A stretch of DNA of 63,497 nt, counting the filler, from Craspedostauros australis (taxonomy: Eukaryota), in the NCBI GenBank assembly GCA_030167865.1. It is 11 parts of 11 records of this genome, joined end to end, with 100 filler letters (N's around TTAATTAATTAA, not from the genome) between each part and the next. Parts side by side here need not be neighbours in the genome. Positions count along the whole stretch, not along the records: positions 34,991 to 40,476 come from JALAGF010004620.1; positions 40,577 to 60,515 come from JALAGF010004622.1; 9 more parts are not named here. One strand, written 5' to 3'. This document shows, piece after piece, positions 35,200 to 47,349 of this stretch. The notes beneath the pieces are model-generated. The model worked only from the letters and a program-made list of their open reading frames with translations. It was not told the DNA's origin and ran no database searches. Within the stretch, counting starts at the first letter, position 1. Every line of letters begins with the position of its first letter. A program made the position numbers and the translations under genes.

Positions 35200-37646
35200 A
35201 CACGACGCATCAGGATGGCAACAAGTTGCATTCGCTCGATCTGCGCACGGGACAGGTGCTGCAGGAAACGGTGGAGCTGCCGACCGAGCCCTACTAGTTC
35301 CAGCGCCATCCCGAATCCGTCGTCCTCGACCTAGAGGTGTCGCAGCAGCTCAAGGATTACATCACCGTCATCTCCAAGATGTACAGGGACAACCCCTTCC
35401 ACAACTTCGAACATGCCTCGCACGTCTGCAACAGCGTCAGTGATCTGCTTGCCTTGGTGGAACTGCCGGATCCGGAGGACACGGATCCCAACGACATTCG
35501 TCTCGTCACGACGGATCCATGGACGCAGTTCGCTCTCGTCTTCGCCGCCCTTGTTCATGACGTTGATCATTCCGGCGTCCCCAACGCACAACTCATCAAG
35601 GAGAAGACGCACGTTGCCAATGCCTACCAGAACAAGAGCGTCACAGAACAGAACTCGGTGGAGCTGGCGTGGAATCTGCTGCTGGAGCCGTTCTACAGAG
35701 ATCTGCGCAGTTGCATCTTCCGCACGTCGCAGGAGGTCGGCAGATTCCATGGATTGGTCGTCACGGCCGTCATGGCCATGGATATTGCTGACAAAGAGCT
35801 GGCGGCATTGCGCAACAGTCGTGCTGCTGGCGTCATGAACGCTGCTGCGAATGGCGATGCTGCGTTGCCGGCGTCATCTTCTGCGAAGGCATCACCAGCG
35901 TCCCCGTGCATTGATGCAGTCAGCCGCAGGGCAACCTTCGTGCTCGAAACCTTGATCCAGGCCGCCGATGTCTCGCACGCGATGCAAAGCTTCTCGATTT
36001 ACAAACGATGGAACCGCAAACTGTACAGCGAGATGTATTCTGCCTTCAAATACGGACGCGCCGAGAAGGACCCTACCGACGGCTGGTACAACGGCGACAT
36101 CGGCTTGTTCGATTTCTACATCATCCCTCTGGCGCAAAAGCTCAAGCTGTGCGGCGCCGTCTCGTGCGAGCAGTACATCGAAGGTGCCAGATCCAATCGC
36201 AGCGAATGGGAACGCATCGGAGAGAGTCTCGTCAGAGACTACAACAACGCACGCAACGACGCCATTCCACGGGTTTCCACGAGCGGCCTGATGACAGCCA
36301 AGATCGCCAAACCACCCAGCCAGGATGTTCGCAGTCCCAAGATGTCTTCCAACAACACAGGCGCGCCGAAACCTGGACTGCGCAAGCAATCCTCCAAGAT
36401 CAAACGTGCGATGCCACCATCTGCGACACCAAAAATGAAGAATACCGAGAAGGTAAGCAACAACAAGAGCAAGACGAAGACGAAGAAGATCACCGCCACG
36501 TCGAAACGCAACGGCAAAATCACACCAGCAGCAGCACCGCAGGTTGTGTTGAACATGTCCAACGTCATTCCAAGGAATTCCTACTCCCACTGGCACTCCG
36601 ATTCCTCGTCGTCATCTTCATCATCATGCTCGTCGTCCTCATCGTCGTCTTGTTCGGTGTCCTCTGTGGATTTGGATGTTTCCGTTTCATCTGATGAAGA
36701 ATCGTCGGATTCATCATCATCTTCATCTTGCGGATCATCGTCATCGTCATCGGCGTCATCTTGCTCTGTGTCGTGCTCTTCGTCATCCGATGACAATGAG
36801 CAGGAGGAAAAGAAGGTGGAACAACTTGCGAGAGTGGCCAGACGCCGCAATATGTTCAAAAAGACAAAGGCAACCTGTGACAAGCAGCAGCATCAGCAGA
36901 AGAAGAAGAGCAAGGGTCGGAAGCAACCCAGAAAGCAATCCAGGAAGACGAAGGAAGTGGAAAAGACGAAGCAGAGGGTTGGACGATCCAGGAAGCTGGC
37001 AGTGTCTCCCAAGAGGACGCTCGAAAAGCCACCAAAGAAAGCCAACAAACCAGTCACCAAAACAAAGCAGAAGACGAAGAAATCCCCAAAGAAGAGCCAA
37101 GGCACCCCCGTGTCATATGCAGGCGATAATAGCATGAGCGACAGCAATGTCAGCAGCTCAGCAAGATCGGTGGAATTGGACGGGCGCAAAGTGATACATG
37201 GCACCACCTTGAAATCGACCAGCAGACGTATTTCGCGTTCCGGCAAGCGCCCAACCTCCAAGGACCCCAGCCGTCGCAAGCGTTCCGTGTCCGGCGAATC
37301 TATGCGACGCCCCCCATCGTTGCAATCCGTCTCCTCCCGAGATCCGTCCATCACGCTGGATCAAGCATGCCTGCCCAAGAGTGGCGTCGCCAAGAAACGA
37401 TCCAGCGGCTCTAAATCGACAACATCCTCCACCTCCGCCACATCGTCCAAATCATCCAACCAGCGACCCACCACACCCCCTCCGCGTGCCGGTACCAAGA
37501 TCCGGTACTCCGACGACAATCCCACCCGATCCATGTCGTTGGAGGACCCCGTCACGCGCCAGAGCGAACGCCACGCACGTACTTCCGTCCCATTGCGCCG
37601 GGGTACGATGTCGGAGCGCAAGCATCGTACCAGCGTCCGCTTTTAG
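35200..37646 (+). CDS. Class I cyclic-nucleotide phosphodiesterase catalytic domain plus a long Ser/Lys-rich tail; 5'-incomplete, possibly a pseudogene
   Basis: NPFHNFEHASHV, HDVDHSGVPN, QAADVSH. In-frame TAG at 35295-35297 just upstream of the domain, and no ATG start before the catalytic motif region except the Met of MYRDNPFH. Confidence 0.8.
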
Positions 37647-38053
37647 GTGGCAGAGACTAGAATGGTACATGCTGGTATTGCAGCAGCAGTGGAGGGAAGG
37701 TCCCTGAGAGCTTCGATACAACTCTCTAGTACTAGCCTGAGCGAACCATAGTACTATGTAATACTTGGGAACATGAGCACTACGCACATTCTCCAACTTG
37801 AGAGTACTAATCGTAGTATGAAGGATTCCAGTTTGCGCAACAGCTACTGGCGTGTCAGCAAGCAACATGGTCGAATTGTGTCATGCCGTTTCACCACAGA
37901 CAAGACGCCCACGAGGGAAAAAGGAAAAGTATTCTGTTTTGTGGTTGGTTTTCGCGGGGTGGACGACTAGTCATGACCAGCAATACTGCACACAGCATAG
38001 ACGTAGAGAGCAGACTGAATGGCTTGGTGTTAACTTTAGACTTGCGTCTTTCC

Positions 38054-40405
38054 TTAGACCACTTCACAGGCGGACTGGAATGGTCCAGAGCAATCTGTGG
38101 CTGCGTCGTCGATGACATACGTCTCTGCAGCTGAATCACACAGTGCTCCCCGGGCACAATTTTCACAATCGGAAGCAGCTGCGGAACATTCTCCTGCCCT
38201 GACGATGATATCATTGACTGCATCAACAGATTCGCCGAGACCACGACACGCTTCCGCATCGGCGCATGCACCATCTTCAATGACCAAACTTCCTGGAAAT
38301 TTGCCATTGGTGGATGAAATAGAATGCGTAGCAAGACAAGCGCTGGCCCCAACGCATGCGTTCTTTCCAACAAAGATATTTGCCACAACCGGTGCCGTGG
38401 TAGTCTCTTGGCTGTCTCTGGCACCAACACTGTTGCATGCATTCTTCCCTCCAGTGCACGCTCCTTTTTCTATTCGTACATTGCCAAAAACGTCCAGTGC
38501 GCTGGCCAAGCAGGCAGTGTCACCGAGACAAGCTTGCGGTCCAATCACCCTGTATCCAACATCAACACCAGCGGCAGGCTGCGTTGGGGTAAACCTACCG
38601 AACGCCTGGCAAGGTCGGTCTCCTCTGCAACTGTCAAGTATGACGGTGTCAGGGTACACAAAACCGCAACTGTCTCCGGAAGTGCACGAGTCCTCAGACA
38701 CTGTCATCACCCCAGCTGGAGGCAAGGTGCCGCAAGCGTCAGAACCAACGCAGCACGAACCAGCGCAAGCTGAAGCGATCGCAGATCCTGTCCCAGTGTA
38801 GAGCTTCATAGACGCCACTGCGTCCAACAGTGCCTGCGTCACACTCGCGTCGTTTTTCATGGTGTCAAAGCGTTTCTGCGCCACAGAATGTGTCACGATG
38901 TTGGGCGTTCCTTCATGACTGCATCCAAAGATGCTCTTGATCATCTTGCCCTTGTCACCAAGGGCGTCGACCGCAGCGACAAAGTTGGCGCATGTGTCTG
39001 TTGCACCATCGCAAAAGACGTCACCTGTGACCGTATTGAACGTTGATGTGTCAAGTCCCGGTGTCTCGAGACATCCGACGGTGAAGGATGCCGGGGTGGG
39101 AGTTGGCATTGGTGTGTCTGTTGGGACGATGCTCGGGGTATCTGACGGCATGTCGGACGGGGCTTGTGATGGACTGCTTGACGGCATCCGAGACGGAAGA
39201 TGAGAGGGCTGTTCGGACGGCGCCTCTGACGGGACTTGCGATGGATTGCCTGACGGGAGTGAGCTCGGGATATCTGACGGCATCTGAGACGGGACTTGTG
39301 ATGGACTGTGTGACGGAAGATCTGAAGGCGTCTGGGATGGCGAAGTGGGGGCCGATGTTGGAGCTGACGTGACAGGTGTTGGGAAAGGGGTGGGAGAAAA
39401 AGTCGGACAGTCTGTGGGCAATGTGTCCTTGCCAATACAGTGCTCCTCCACTTTGTCGCCAGTAGGATTGCCCCCGGAGCTGCTGTCTCCCTTTGGACAG
39501 GCCCCATCGACATCGCTGATGATGTAGACTTCGTCGGAGTCGCACTCCGTCTTCGTCATGCATCCTCTGCAGCCTTTGGCATCGCCGCATCCACCAGGAG
39601 GAACGATGATGTCCGTCTTCATCAGATCGTTGAAGCCCATCTTCTCGCATCACCCATCGGCGGCGCAACCACCAGCACCAATGGTCAGGCTGCCTGCCAG
39701 CTTTCCAGCAGTGCCATAGTTGATAGTGGAATGGGCATCCTTGCAGGCATTGCTGCCAATGCACGCATTCGCCCCAATGTCGATATGGCTGCGGAAGCGA
39801 AATGATGGTGCCTTCTGCACGACGCGGCGTCCAGCTGCATTGCACGCGTCGGATCCAATGCATGCGCCAGTCTGGATGGTAACATCGCCATGAGAGCGGC
39901 GTCCCACTCCCTCACAAGATTGAGGGGTGGTGCATGCCATCTCACCGACGAAGGTGACTCCCACGATGAAGGGATTGATCTCATTCTCATTCATCAACTC
40001 ACATGCACTTGCGCCAGTGCAGGAAGAATCGAGGATGAGGGGATTGGGACCCATGTCTTTGCAGGCGCTGTCGCCGGTGCATGCAGTGACCGCAACGGTC
40101 ATGAATGGAGGAGAGTTGGAGGCAGATCCGGTGACTGAGGTGCATCCCGAGGGTCCTTGGCAGCATGGGTCTGCGACGGGAGGTGACTGGGCCATTCCGA
40201 TTTTCATGCACGCCTCCTCCATTGCATCCGCTCGCTCGGTGATGAGGATTGCGTTGGTGGCAGCGACCAACGTCAACTGCCCAGCAAGCACGTCATGCGA
40301 CGCGTACTGGTTGAAGAGCTTGCGTGCAGCTCCTTCACCAAGGTCTCCTGCACATCCGAAGAAGTTCTGCAGCTGCTGGGATTCCCTCACGGCGTGTTGG
40401 AACAT
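38054..40405 (-). CDS. Cys-rich repeat protein (two homologous modules separated by a PSxxPS mucin-like stalk), probably extracellular; one in-frame TGA at 39650-39652
   Basis: ORFs 39650-40405 and 38054-39640 share a frame. Repeated ACxGxxAC units. PSDLPSHSPSQVPS repeats at ~39100-39400. Confidence 0.7.
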
Positions 40406-40576
40406 GACGAATATTCAGATTCGTGTATGACCCGGTAGGGGTCACAGTTGCGCAAATGACTGCTCACACATATTTGNNNNNNNNNNNNNNNNNNNNNNNN
40501 NNNNNNNNNNNNNNNNNNNNTTAATTAATTAANNNNNNNNNNNNNNNNNNNNNNNNNNNNNNNNNNNNNNNNNNNN

Positions 40577-41289
40577 ACGGCACTGCGCGTACTGGGCGTT
40601 CCCATCCCTGAACCTGCGATCCTACTTGGTGACAACAAGTCTGTGGTGTTGAATACGACAATCCCGTCAAGCGTCCTCAAGAAGAAGCATTGTGGCATCG
40701 CTTACCACCGTGTCAGGGAAGCCATCGCAGCAGGAGCCGTGCAATTCCTCCACATCACGTCACACGACAATGAAGCTGACCTGCTCACGAAACCAGTGTC
40801 GAAAGCCGTCTTCCATCGCCTCATCCGGATGTCCATATTCCGAGCACCTGCACACCTGAAGAAAGCCAAGGAGACGACGAAGATTCTGCCAGCTGAGCCA
40901 ACCGCAAGTACATCACATGACAACATGGTCCATGCATTCGTACATGTGTATCAGGCTACGCACGTGTATACTCCCCGTCATACCCTGAAGGGGCGTAATG
41001 AAGAGAAGTGGTCAAGCGGGTCGGCCACAAACCGGTAGGGAAGCAGAACAGCAACCGAACGTGTCAAAGATCGAAGGCACGCGCACACCACGCGCACACC
41101 ACGCGCACACCACGCACANACCACGCACAGACCACGCACAGACCAAAGCAGCAGCAAAGCAGCGAAACAGCAGCGAAACGAAGAAAAGGCAAACACAAAC
41201 GAGATCACCCAAAACAAAAACAAAGACTTCGGTCATAATCCGTTCAGACGATCCTTTCACCATCACTTGACACCACTTTCGCTTCAATA
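40577..41289 (+). mobile_element. 3' end of a copia element: RNase H, PPT and ~294-bp 3' LTR (40996-41289)
   Basis: LGDNKSVV, KKKHCGIAYHRVRE, NEADLLTKP. GAAGGGGCG is followed by a segment bounded by ~22-bp imperfect inverted repeats. Confidence 0.8.
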
Positions 41290-41406
41290 GTTGGTGGTCC
41301 GTGTGGCAGGAAGAGTGGAGGCAGCACGGTATCGCTCTGTCTGATGCTTGCTGAACGTGTCAACTCATCCCAATATCCATAATGATTTTGGCCTGGTACT
41401 GGCCTA

Positions 41407-42110
41407 CGTAGCTTGCGTCCGGACGCAAATTGGACGCTCAGTTTGCGTCCCCACGCAAATTGGNNNNNNNNNNNNNNNNNNNNNNNNNNNNNNNNNNNNN
41501 NNNNNNNNNNNNNNNNNNNNNNNNNNNNNNNNNNNNNNNNNNNNNNNNNNNNNNNNNNNNNNNNNNNNNNNNNNNNNNNNNNNNNNNNNNNNNNNNNNNN
41601 NNNNNNNNNNNNNNNNNNNNNNNNNNNNNNNNNNNNNNNNNNNNNNNNNNNNNNNNNNNNNNAATCATGATTCGTGCCCAACCCTCCTTGTTGTGTTACA
41701 CCGTTGCCAGGATTTTGGTGTTGTTGTCAGGATCGTGGTCGATGACATCGAAACCAAAAAGTAAAAGCTCATTACCTCAGATCCCATGACGTCAGAAAAG
41801 CAAGTCAGGCGCACGGAAAGGAACCCCTGAGACACGACCAATGACGCCGTGCTGCATCGCGAGGTTTTTTTTTTGAAATCGCCAAATAATTGTGTTACTC
41901 GAAGGAGTCAGAAAAAAAACAACCCATTTTCGAGTTTCGGACCGAAATCGGGTTTTTTTTCTGCAACACGGGACATCGTGGAGGAACATGGGACTTAAGT
42001 AGTACAAGTGGTATTTTCGGCGAGCTTGCATTTGCGTCCCCACGCAAATTGGCCCAATTTGCGTCCGGACGCAAACTGAGCGTTCAATTTGCGTCCGGAC
42101 GCAAGCTACG
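41407..42110. mobile_element. Non-autonomous TIR element (MITE; TA flanks suggest Tc1/mariner-like), contains an N gap
   Basis: ~60-bp inverted repeats at 41404-41463 and 42055-42113, built from TTGCGTCCGGACGCAA palindromes. TA at 41405-41406 and 42111-42112. Confidence 0.75.
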
Positions 42111-42952
42111 TAGAGAATGCGTCCGGACGCAAGAAAAACGTCATTATGGATATGCAATGTGGTGTTGGTTTGATGTTGAGGGCTCTTGTTGCCCGCGCGG
42201 ATGGTGATGGTTGCAATGTGGTGGGATGGCAACCAGCCAAATCCAACTGAGATGGGTCGCAACCAACACAGGCAACCAACAAGGCAACCAACGAACGCAG
42301 TCACATCGGTGGCTTCATCGGTGGCTTCGTTGTTGTTCGAGGCATTGGCTCACAGCTCAAGTTGGTGCTTGCGATGGCAGGCAGACGAGGGTCAGCGGTC
42401 TTGCAGATGTCACAATGACGCAAGCAAGCGTGGGCCATGGCGCACATGGTGGTGGCGGCGGTGGTGGCGGTGGTGGTGATGATGACAGCTGTCTGTGTTT
42501 CCGAAGACTTTCACGTTGTTTGCTTCGGATTGGTGTTGCGTTGATTGTGGCCAAACGAGAACTCTGTTGTGGTCCTTCTTTCTTGTTGTTGGTCGCACGC
42601 ATTTTCGTGATGGATGGGAACAGAAAGATCCAATCCGCGCGAACCAGACGCGTTTGATCAAGAGGAGACAAACACAGGCAAACAGAAGGAGGAGACCATG
42701 CGAACAAGACAACAGCACACACACCACTCAACACCATACTTGAGCACATCAACAACAGGCATCGAATTGCCACTCATATTCATCACACAGCGTATGGTAC
42801 TCATACTCATACTAATACTAATACAAGCTGTTGCATACACAAACATCGATATCTCTTCCATAGGCAGCTCCGACCACAGACATCCTCGACAGCCAATCCA
42901 ACGTCCAACGTCTATCGTCCAGCAACAATCGACCATCCACCATTCTCTCAAA

Positions 42953-44623
42953 ATGCCGAGTGTTACCAACCAACAACTCATTGATGCTGCCAACAGAGGT
43001 GACTTGTCAGTGTTGAAGAAGTGGAAGGAGCAGAACGAGACACATAATGAAGGAGATGGTGTCAACTTCAAAGACATCCACGGTTGGACTCCCCTTCATC
43101 TGGCATGCTACAACGGCCACCTGGAGTGTGTCAAGTACCTCATCGAATCATGTGAGGCGGACATCAACTGCAAAAACAACGATGGTTCCACTCCCCTTCA
43201 TTGGGCATGCCACAGCGGCCACCTGGAGTGTGCCAAGTACCTCATCGAATCATGTGAGGCGAACATCAACTGCAAAAACAAGTATGGTTCCACTCCCCTT
43301 CATCTGGCATGCTGGAACGGCCAGCTGGAGTGTGCCAAGTACCTCATCGAATCATGCAAGGCTGACATCAACTGCAAAGACAACGATGGTCGCACTCCCC
43401 TTCATTGGGCATGCTCCAAAGGCCAGCTGGAGTGTGTTGCGTACCTCGTTGCATCAGCCAATGCCAATACCGACATTCAAAACAAAGACAACAAAACGCC
43501 CCTCGATATTATCGATGCAAAACTTCAAATCAAGATGATTAAACGTCTCGATCATCTGAGTCACCGCAACTCACAGCTGCAGAAGAAAAACGAACACCTG
43601 GAACAGCAGTTGGAACGGAAGGAGCAAGAGAAGAAACAGAAGGAGCAAGAGAATGAACAACTGAAACAGCAGTTGGAACAACAGTTGAAACAGCAGAAGG
43701 AAGAAATGCAGCACATGCTCTCGAAAAGTCAACAGGAGAACAAACAGCTGAAACAGCAGCTGAAACAACATCTCAAGATCAGCATCGACCAAGATCGTCT
43801 CGTCGCTATTCGTGCTGAGGCCATCGCAGACATTACCTTCCTGTGTGGACAAGGAGACGAACAACAATCAATCAAGGCAAACTCTGGAGTCCTCAGGGTC
43901 ACTGTTCCATCCATTCAGACACTGATCAACAAAGGAATCCAACATCAGCACGTGAATGATGACACCGAAGACGGCGCGGTCCCCATCGAAACAACCATCT
44001 CTCTCCCCAACCTTCAACCAAAACACGTCCGATATGTCCTCCAATGCATCTACGCAGGCGAGATATCCTTCAACAACAGCGCTCGTGACAACGCTGCTGC
44101 TCACGTCAGTGCTCACATCGGCGCTCACTCCAACTCACACCACGATACAAATGCCTCTCACCAGCCAACTCCTACCCTCACTGGACAGGATGATCTGCAA
44201 CAGCTCATCCTTGTGGCCAACGAGTTCGGCTTCTGGCGACTCAAGCTTGCTCTTGAAGCAGAGTTGACCCGCAAGCATCTCACAGAGGACACCATGATAG
44301 ATGTGTTGATATTTGCCGATCAACACAACTGTGTGGTGTTGAAGGATACCGCAATGGGGATGGCAGCTGAAAATGAGAACAAATTGTTCACTCATCCAGA
44401 TTTCAGCAAGCTGATTCCACACCATCAACTGATGGGAGACATTCATTTCCTTTGCAGTGGGGGAGCGGAGAGTGATGGTATTGATGATGAGTACAGTGGC
44501 ATGTCCATGATGGAACTGTACGAGGCGCTGGAAGAAGACGAGGGTACCACGCGAGTGGATACATACATGGATCGAGCAACGCTGGTTAACTTCGCACGAG
44601 CGTCAATAATCATCGGAGACTGA
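42953..44623 (+). CDS. Ankyrin repeat + coiled-coil + BTB/POZ domain protein (556 aa)
   Basis: Four near-identical GxTPLHxAC..GxLEC.KYLI repeats (102-nt period), a Q/E/K coiled coil, and BTB-like ADITFLC..., VLQCIYAG, LILVANEFG..RLK. Confidence 0.85.
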   Translation: MPSVTNQQLIDAANRGDLSVLKKWKEQNETHNEGDGVNFKDIHGWTPLHLACYNGHLECVKYLIESCEADINCKNNDGSTPLHWACHSGHLECAKYLIESCEANINCKNKYGSTPLHLACWNGQLECAKYLIESCKADINCKDNDGRTPLHWACSKGQLECVAYLVASANANTDIQNKDNKTPLDIIDAKLQIKMIKRLDHLSHRNSQLQKKNEHLEQQLERKEQEKKQKEQENEQLKQQLEQQLKQQKEEMQHMLSKSQQENKQLKQQLKQHLKISIDQDRLVAIRAEAIADITFLCGQGDEQQSIKANSGVLRVTVPSIQTLINKGIQHQHVNDDTEDGAVPIETTISLPNLQPKHVRYVLQCIYAGEISFNNSARDNAAAHVSAHIGAHSNSHHDTNASHQPTPTLTGQDDLQQLILVANEFGFWRLKLALEAELTRKHLTEDTMIDVLIFADQHNCVVLKDTAMGMAAENENKLFTHPDFSKLIPHHQLMGDIHFLCSGGAESDGIDDEYSGMSMMELYEALEEDEGTTRVDTYMDRATLVNFARASIIIGD

Positions 44624-45266
44624 GATTGCCTCTGAGGCAGAGTCGGAGGTGGATAATTGAACATCAGCGCGTCCTTTGGGTAGCACATGTGGCGCCTGGA
44701 GAATGGTAAAATAGTTCGAAGACACAATCGTGTCGCATCGTCGAGCACCATCACAGCTCCAGCAGATGATTGCCTGATTCTGTTGTTGCCTAGTTTGATC
44801 TGATCAGATCCACCTCGAGTCTGATCGGGACGAAGCGGTCGAGGGACAGCACATTGCCATTTCGGAGGAGGTTTGACCAGTGTGAACATCCGCTAGATGA
44901 CAGCAGCCTCGCATGCAGATGATTGCAACTAGAGTGGCCATTGTTCCTCGCGGATTTCGATCTGGTGATGACCAGCAGGTCGGCCCACTTCGTTGCTTCC
45001 GTGAGTCTGATGCGCTGCCCCACCAACATGCACCACTTGCAACCAACGAAGATCAGAAACGGTCTTCAGCTTCGATGTGGCGGGAATCGTGCTCCTCCAC
45101 ATACACACACACGCGCATCTATTATGCCATGAGCGATGCAGGTCATGCTGCGGCGTTCACCATTCGGCAGGCCGAGAGTTGGGGAAGTCTGTGCAAAAAG
45201 TGAGGTGAAACTGTTCACGTCGCACACGATTCGCACACGATTCGGTGGGGTCTCACGAGTCGGACA

Positions 45267-46688
45267 TTGAATTCTGCTTGGTTTGTGCGAGTGTTTTGTT
45301 TGCGCGCACAGCGAACACGAAAGAGAAAGGAAGCGATGAACGGGCCAACAAGCCAACCACGACAACCAAGACGAAGCTCCAACACCTCCCACATACACCA
45401 CAACAACTCCGCCCAACCCATCGATCACACACTCCATCCATGTGAAGACCGGAACGTGAAGACAGAAAGGCAAAGCAAACGAGATACGAACATGACGCCA
45501 TCCACTCCAACTTCATCCTCCATCCCAACGGCATCACAGCACAACGACAAGCGCAGATATTCCGATGCCTCCCTCCTATCATCGGTGCATGCGCTGATGC
45601 CGGCATCCGCGATGACATCCCGTTCATGGATTGCCAATCATACTCAACACAAGAACAAGAGCACCAAAGCAAAGGCATTGCCCAAGGGCATCCATGATAC
45701 GATCGCCATGATGATTCGTCAAAATCGTTACGTGGATTGCGATCTTCCTCACGACACAGACGATCACCCTGGTCATCAAGCAACGGTGCTCACGCCGCAA
45801 CGCAAAGAGGAGGTTCTGGACTTCATGCCATGCCTGTTTCAGCATCTCCGATATCCCAAGAGAGAATTGTGCGAAGTTGGTGGCGACGCGACGAACAGCC
45901 ACAAACGGCGACGACTGGCGAAGGAGCTTCTGTTGTGGGAACGAACGGCTCCACTCGCAACATCGAGAACACAGGAGACTACGGATGCCGATAGTGCTGA
46001 GCAAATGGAAGCGTCGCAGCAAGGTGATGATGATGATGGAATGGAGGTGGACAGCGACAGCAAGGGTGGTGAGAACGGCGGCAATGGATCAAACAATGAG
46101 GATGACGATGTCGACAGCGCGCCTGAAGAAGGCACCGGCGCAGCTTCTACTGCCGCAGCAACACAACAGGCATCAGGCGTAGATGACGCAGATTCGGTAA
46201 ACAAGGCTGGACCTGCTGATGCTAAAAAGAATGGTGCAACGACCGCGGTCAAGAAAGATGAACCAGATCAGCCGGTGCACGACGATGCAGACGCCAATCA
46301 ACCGACGGCCGGCAAGAACGAGAGCAAAGATGGAACAGCCGACAGCGCGACGCAACCAACGATCGCGGCGTCGGTTCCACCGAACGTTGATGAGGAGCAC
46401 CTTCGATGCATCCGACAAAATACGCTGCGACGATACAAGAAGGAACTGCAGACCGTTCAGGAGGATATCGCGTCGGTGGAACGAGTACGACAGGGCGTGC
46501 TGCGCCGACAAGTGGAGCTGTGGGGAGCCTACCAGTACGGTCTGCACAAGATATCCAAACTCAGCAACCTGGCCGATGCGCCCGATGCTATCTTGCCGGG
46601 CAACCTTTGCGCTGATCCCAACTTCGCATCCAAACGAGCATCGAATGTCAGCAGCAATCCAGAGAAGTTGGAGGGCGGTGCGTCGTAA
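45267..46688 (+). CDS. Hypothetical protein with acidic disordered middle and C-terminal coiled coil; start uncertain
   Basis: 473-codon ORF with coding-like composition. No recognised family motif. Confidence 0.6.
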   Translation: MNSAWFVRVFCLRAQRTRKRKEAMNGPTSQPRQPRRSSNTSHIHHNNSAQPIDHTLHPCEDRNVKTERQSKRDTNMTPSTPTSSSIPTASQHNDKRRYSDASLLSSVHALMPASAMTSRSWIANHTQHKNKSTKAKALPKGIHDTIAMMIRQNRYVDCDLPHDTDDHPGHQATVLTPQRKEEVLDFMPCLFQHLRYPKRELCEVGGDATNSHKRRRLAKELLLWERTAPLATSRTQETTDADSAEQMEASQQGDDDDGMEVDSDSKGGENGGNGSNNEDDDVDSAPEEGTGAASTAAATQQASGVDDADSVNKAGPADAKKNGATTAVKKDEPDQPVHDDADANQPTAGKNESKDGTADSATQPTIAASVPPNVDEEHLRCIRQNTLRRYKKELQTVQEDIASVERVRQGVLRRQVELWGAYQYGLHKISKLSNLADAPDAILPGNLCADPNFASKRASNVSSNPEKLEGGAS

Positions 46689-47349
46689 GCATAGATTGCG
46701 CCCAGTCCGCATGCTCCATTCTGTCCTTCGAGAGAGAGATCATTCGTATTATTGAGATGTCAAGCGCATACGCGTACGTGCTTCAACACCGATGCAATCC
46801 ATGGAAACTGGAAAGATGGTCGCAGATTGCACTGTCGCGAGGCAGTCGGCGCCAGTGCAACAAGGTGTCCATGATCTGCAGCAGATACAGCTCCAACTGG
46901 AGTAGGTAGTCTACGATGCATGTCTCTCTTGAGTTCATTGACGCTCGTAGAGTACAGTAGAGTGGAATGAATGAATGAATGACGCAGCTCTCTTGGGTGA
47001 GATCTGCATTGTTGATTGATTTCGACAAGGATCTGGTTGGGGTCTTTGTAGAAAACCCGACTCGTTCGACTAACATGCAAAAGAACACAGAAACGCGAAA
47101 AATCGCCACCACCAACCAATCGACCACACGCAACAAACGTGAACCCACGATGGCCAAACGCAACAATCACTCTACCCGGTTTCGTTGTTGTTCTTCCTGC
47201 TTTTGTTCTTTCTTCATCAGCATCTTCCTCCCTCCATTGCTGTCGCACTCCAAAGCAAGGAACACTTTCATTGCCAAGCGAGCCGGACCAATAGCAAAAA
47301 ACGTGCGGCGCATCAGGAGTACTCTCCAAAGACAGCAGAGCGAGCCAAG

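Noticed and set aside
39650..39652. Selenocysteine or programmed readthrough at the TGA in the Cys-rich protein
   Set aside because: It aligns with Ala, not Cys, in the duplicated module. The next base is T (a poor readthrough context) and no SECIS was recognised.
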